In this document: positions 37,947 through 38,250 of the stretch, piece after piece
How positions within the stretch are numbered: the stretch's first letter is position 1
How the letters are laid out: the number at the start of each line of letters is the position of its first letter
From: an uncultured Sphingomonas sp.
GTDB lineage: Bacteria > Pseudomonadota > Alphaproteobacteria > Sphingomonadales > Sphingomonadaceae
Direction of reading: 5' to 3'
Length of the DNA stretch: 38,250 bases
NCBI GenBank assembly: GCA_964594145.1
Contig: CAZQLI010000001.1
Location: 1 to 38,250, forward strand
Position numbers and translations under genes: made by a program
Notes under the pieces: model-generated
What the model was told of the DNA's origin: nothing
The model's input: the letters and a program-made list of their open reading frames with translations, nothing else
The model's database searches: none

Positions 37947-38250
37947 TTGCAGCTTTTCTACTTGATCGGCGGCGCCGCGGCGCTGGCACCGGTGGCTCCG
38001 GCGGTGGCCATCGAGCTGCCTGCGGCAGAAAATGACTATCAGCTCCCGGCGCAGCCGCTTGCCGATTCCATCCGGGCCGTGGGCTTCGCGTCGGGCCAGA
38101 CGATCGTCGCTCCTGCTCCACTCGTGGACGGCAAGATCGCGCCATCGCTGATCGGTCGTTATTCGCCGGAAGCGGCCCTCGAGCTCCTGCTGAAAGGCAG
38201 CGGCCTGATGTTTCGACGGGACGAGACCGACCTTGTGGTGTTCAAACCGG
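37947..38250 (+). CDS. TonB-dependent receptor/transducer, N-terminal STN domain (partial)
   Basis: RBS GGGGAGGG and TTG start; signal peptide then YQLPAQPLADSIRAV..LVDGKIAPSLIGRYSPEAALELLLKGSGL, an STN signature. Open to the window end. Confidence 0.8.
   Translation, partial: MQLFYLIGGAAALAPVAPAVAIELPAAENDYQLPAQPLADSIRAVGFASGQTIVAPAPLVDGKIAPSLIGRYSPEAALELLLKGSGLMFRRDETDLVVFKP

Overview
GC-rich alphaproteobacterial chromosomal DNA; gene content and promoter style point to Sphingomonadaceae (Sphingomonas-like). Gene order: bkdA1 (partial), secreted beta-propeller protein, PD40-amidohydrolase, DUF3297, small Gly/Ala-rich protein, small membrane protein plus MCP, a reduced psp operon, ZnuD-like TonB receptor, threonine synthase-like enzyme, oplA-DUF969-DUF979-DUF2891 operon, cupin, tRNA-Thr(TGT), RNase H-fold protein/CmpX-like/rarA, PadR, GT4, UDG family 6, hypothetical, GNAT, USP, phaA-G (Mrp) antiporter operon, YhiN/HI0933 flavoprotein, DEAD-box helicase and the start of an STN-domain TonB transducer. 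I saw no mobile elements or CRISPR arrays. The most interesting signals are non-coding. (1) An unannotated ~60-nt antisense sRNA with a perfect sigma-EcfG promoter and its own terminator lies between thrC and oplA. (2) A riboswitch-like leader with an RBS-sequestering stem precedes phaA. (3) A Zur box sits on a beta-propeller gene of unknown function. (4) A two-hairpin element with C-rich loops lies in the psp 3' UTR. All family calls come from motif recognition by eye, not database searches.
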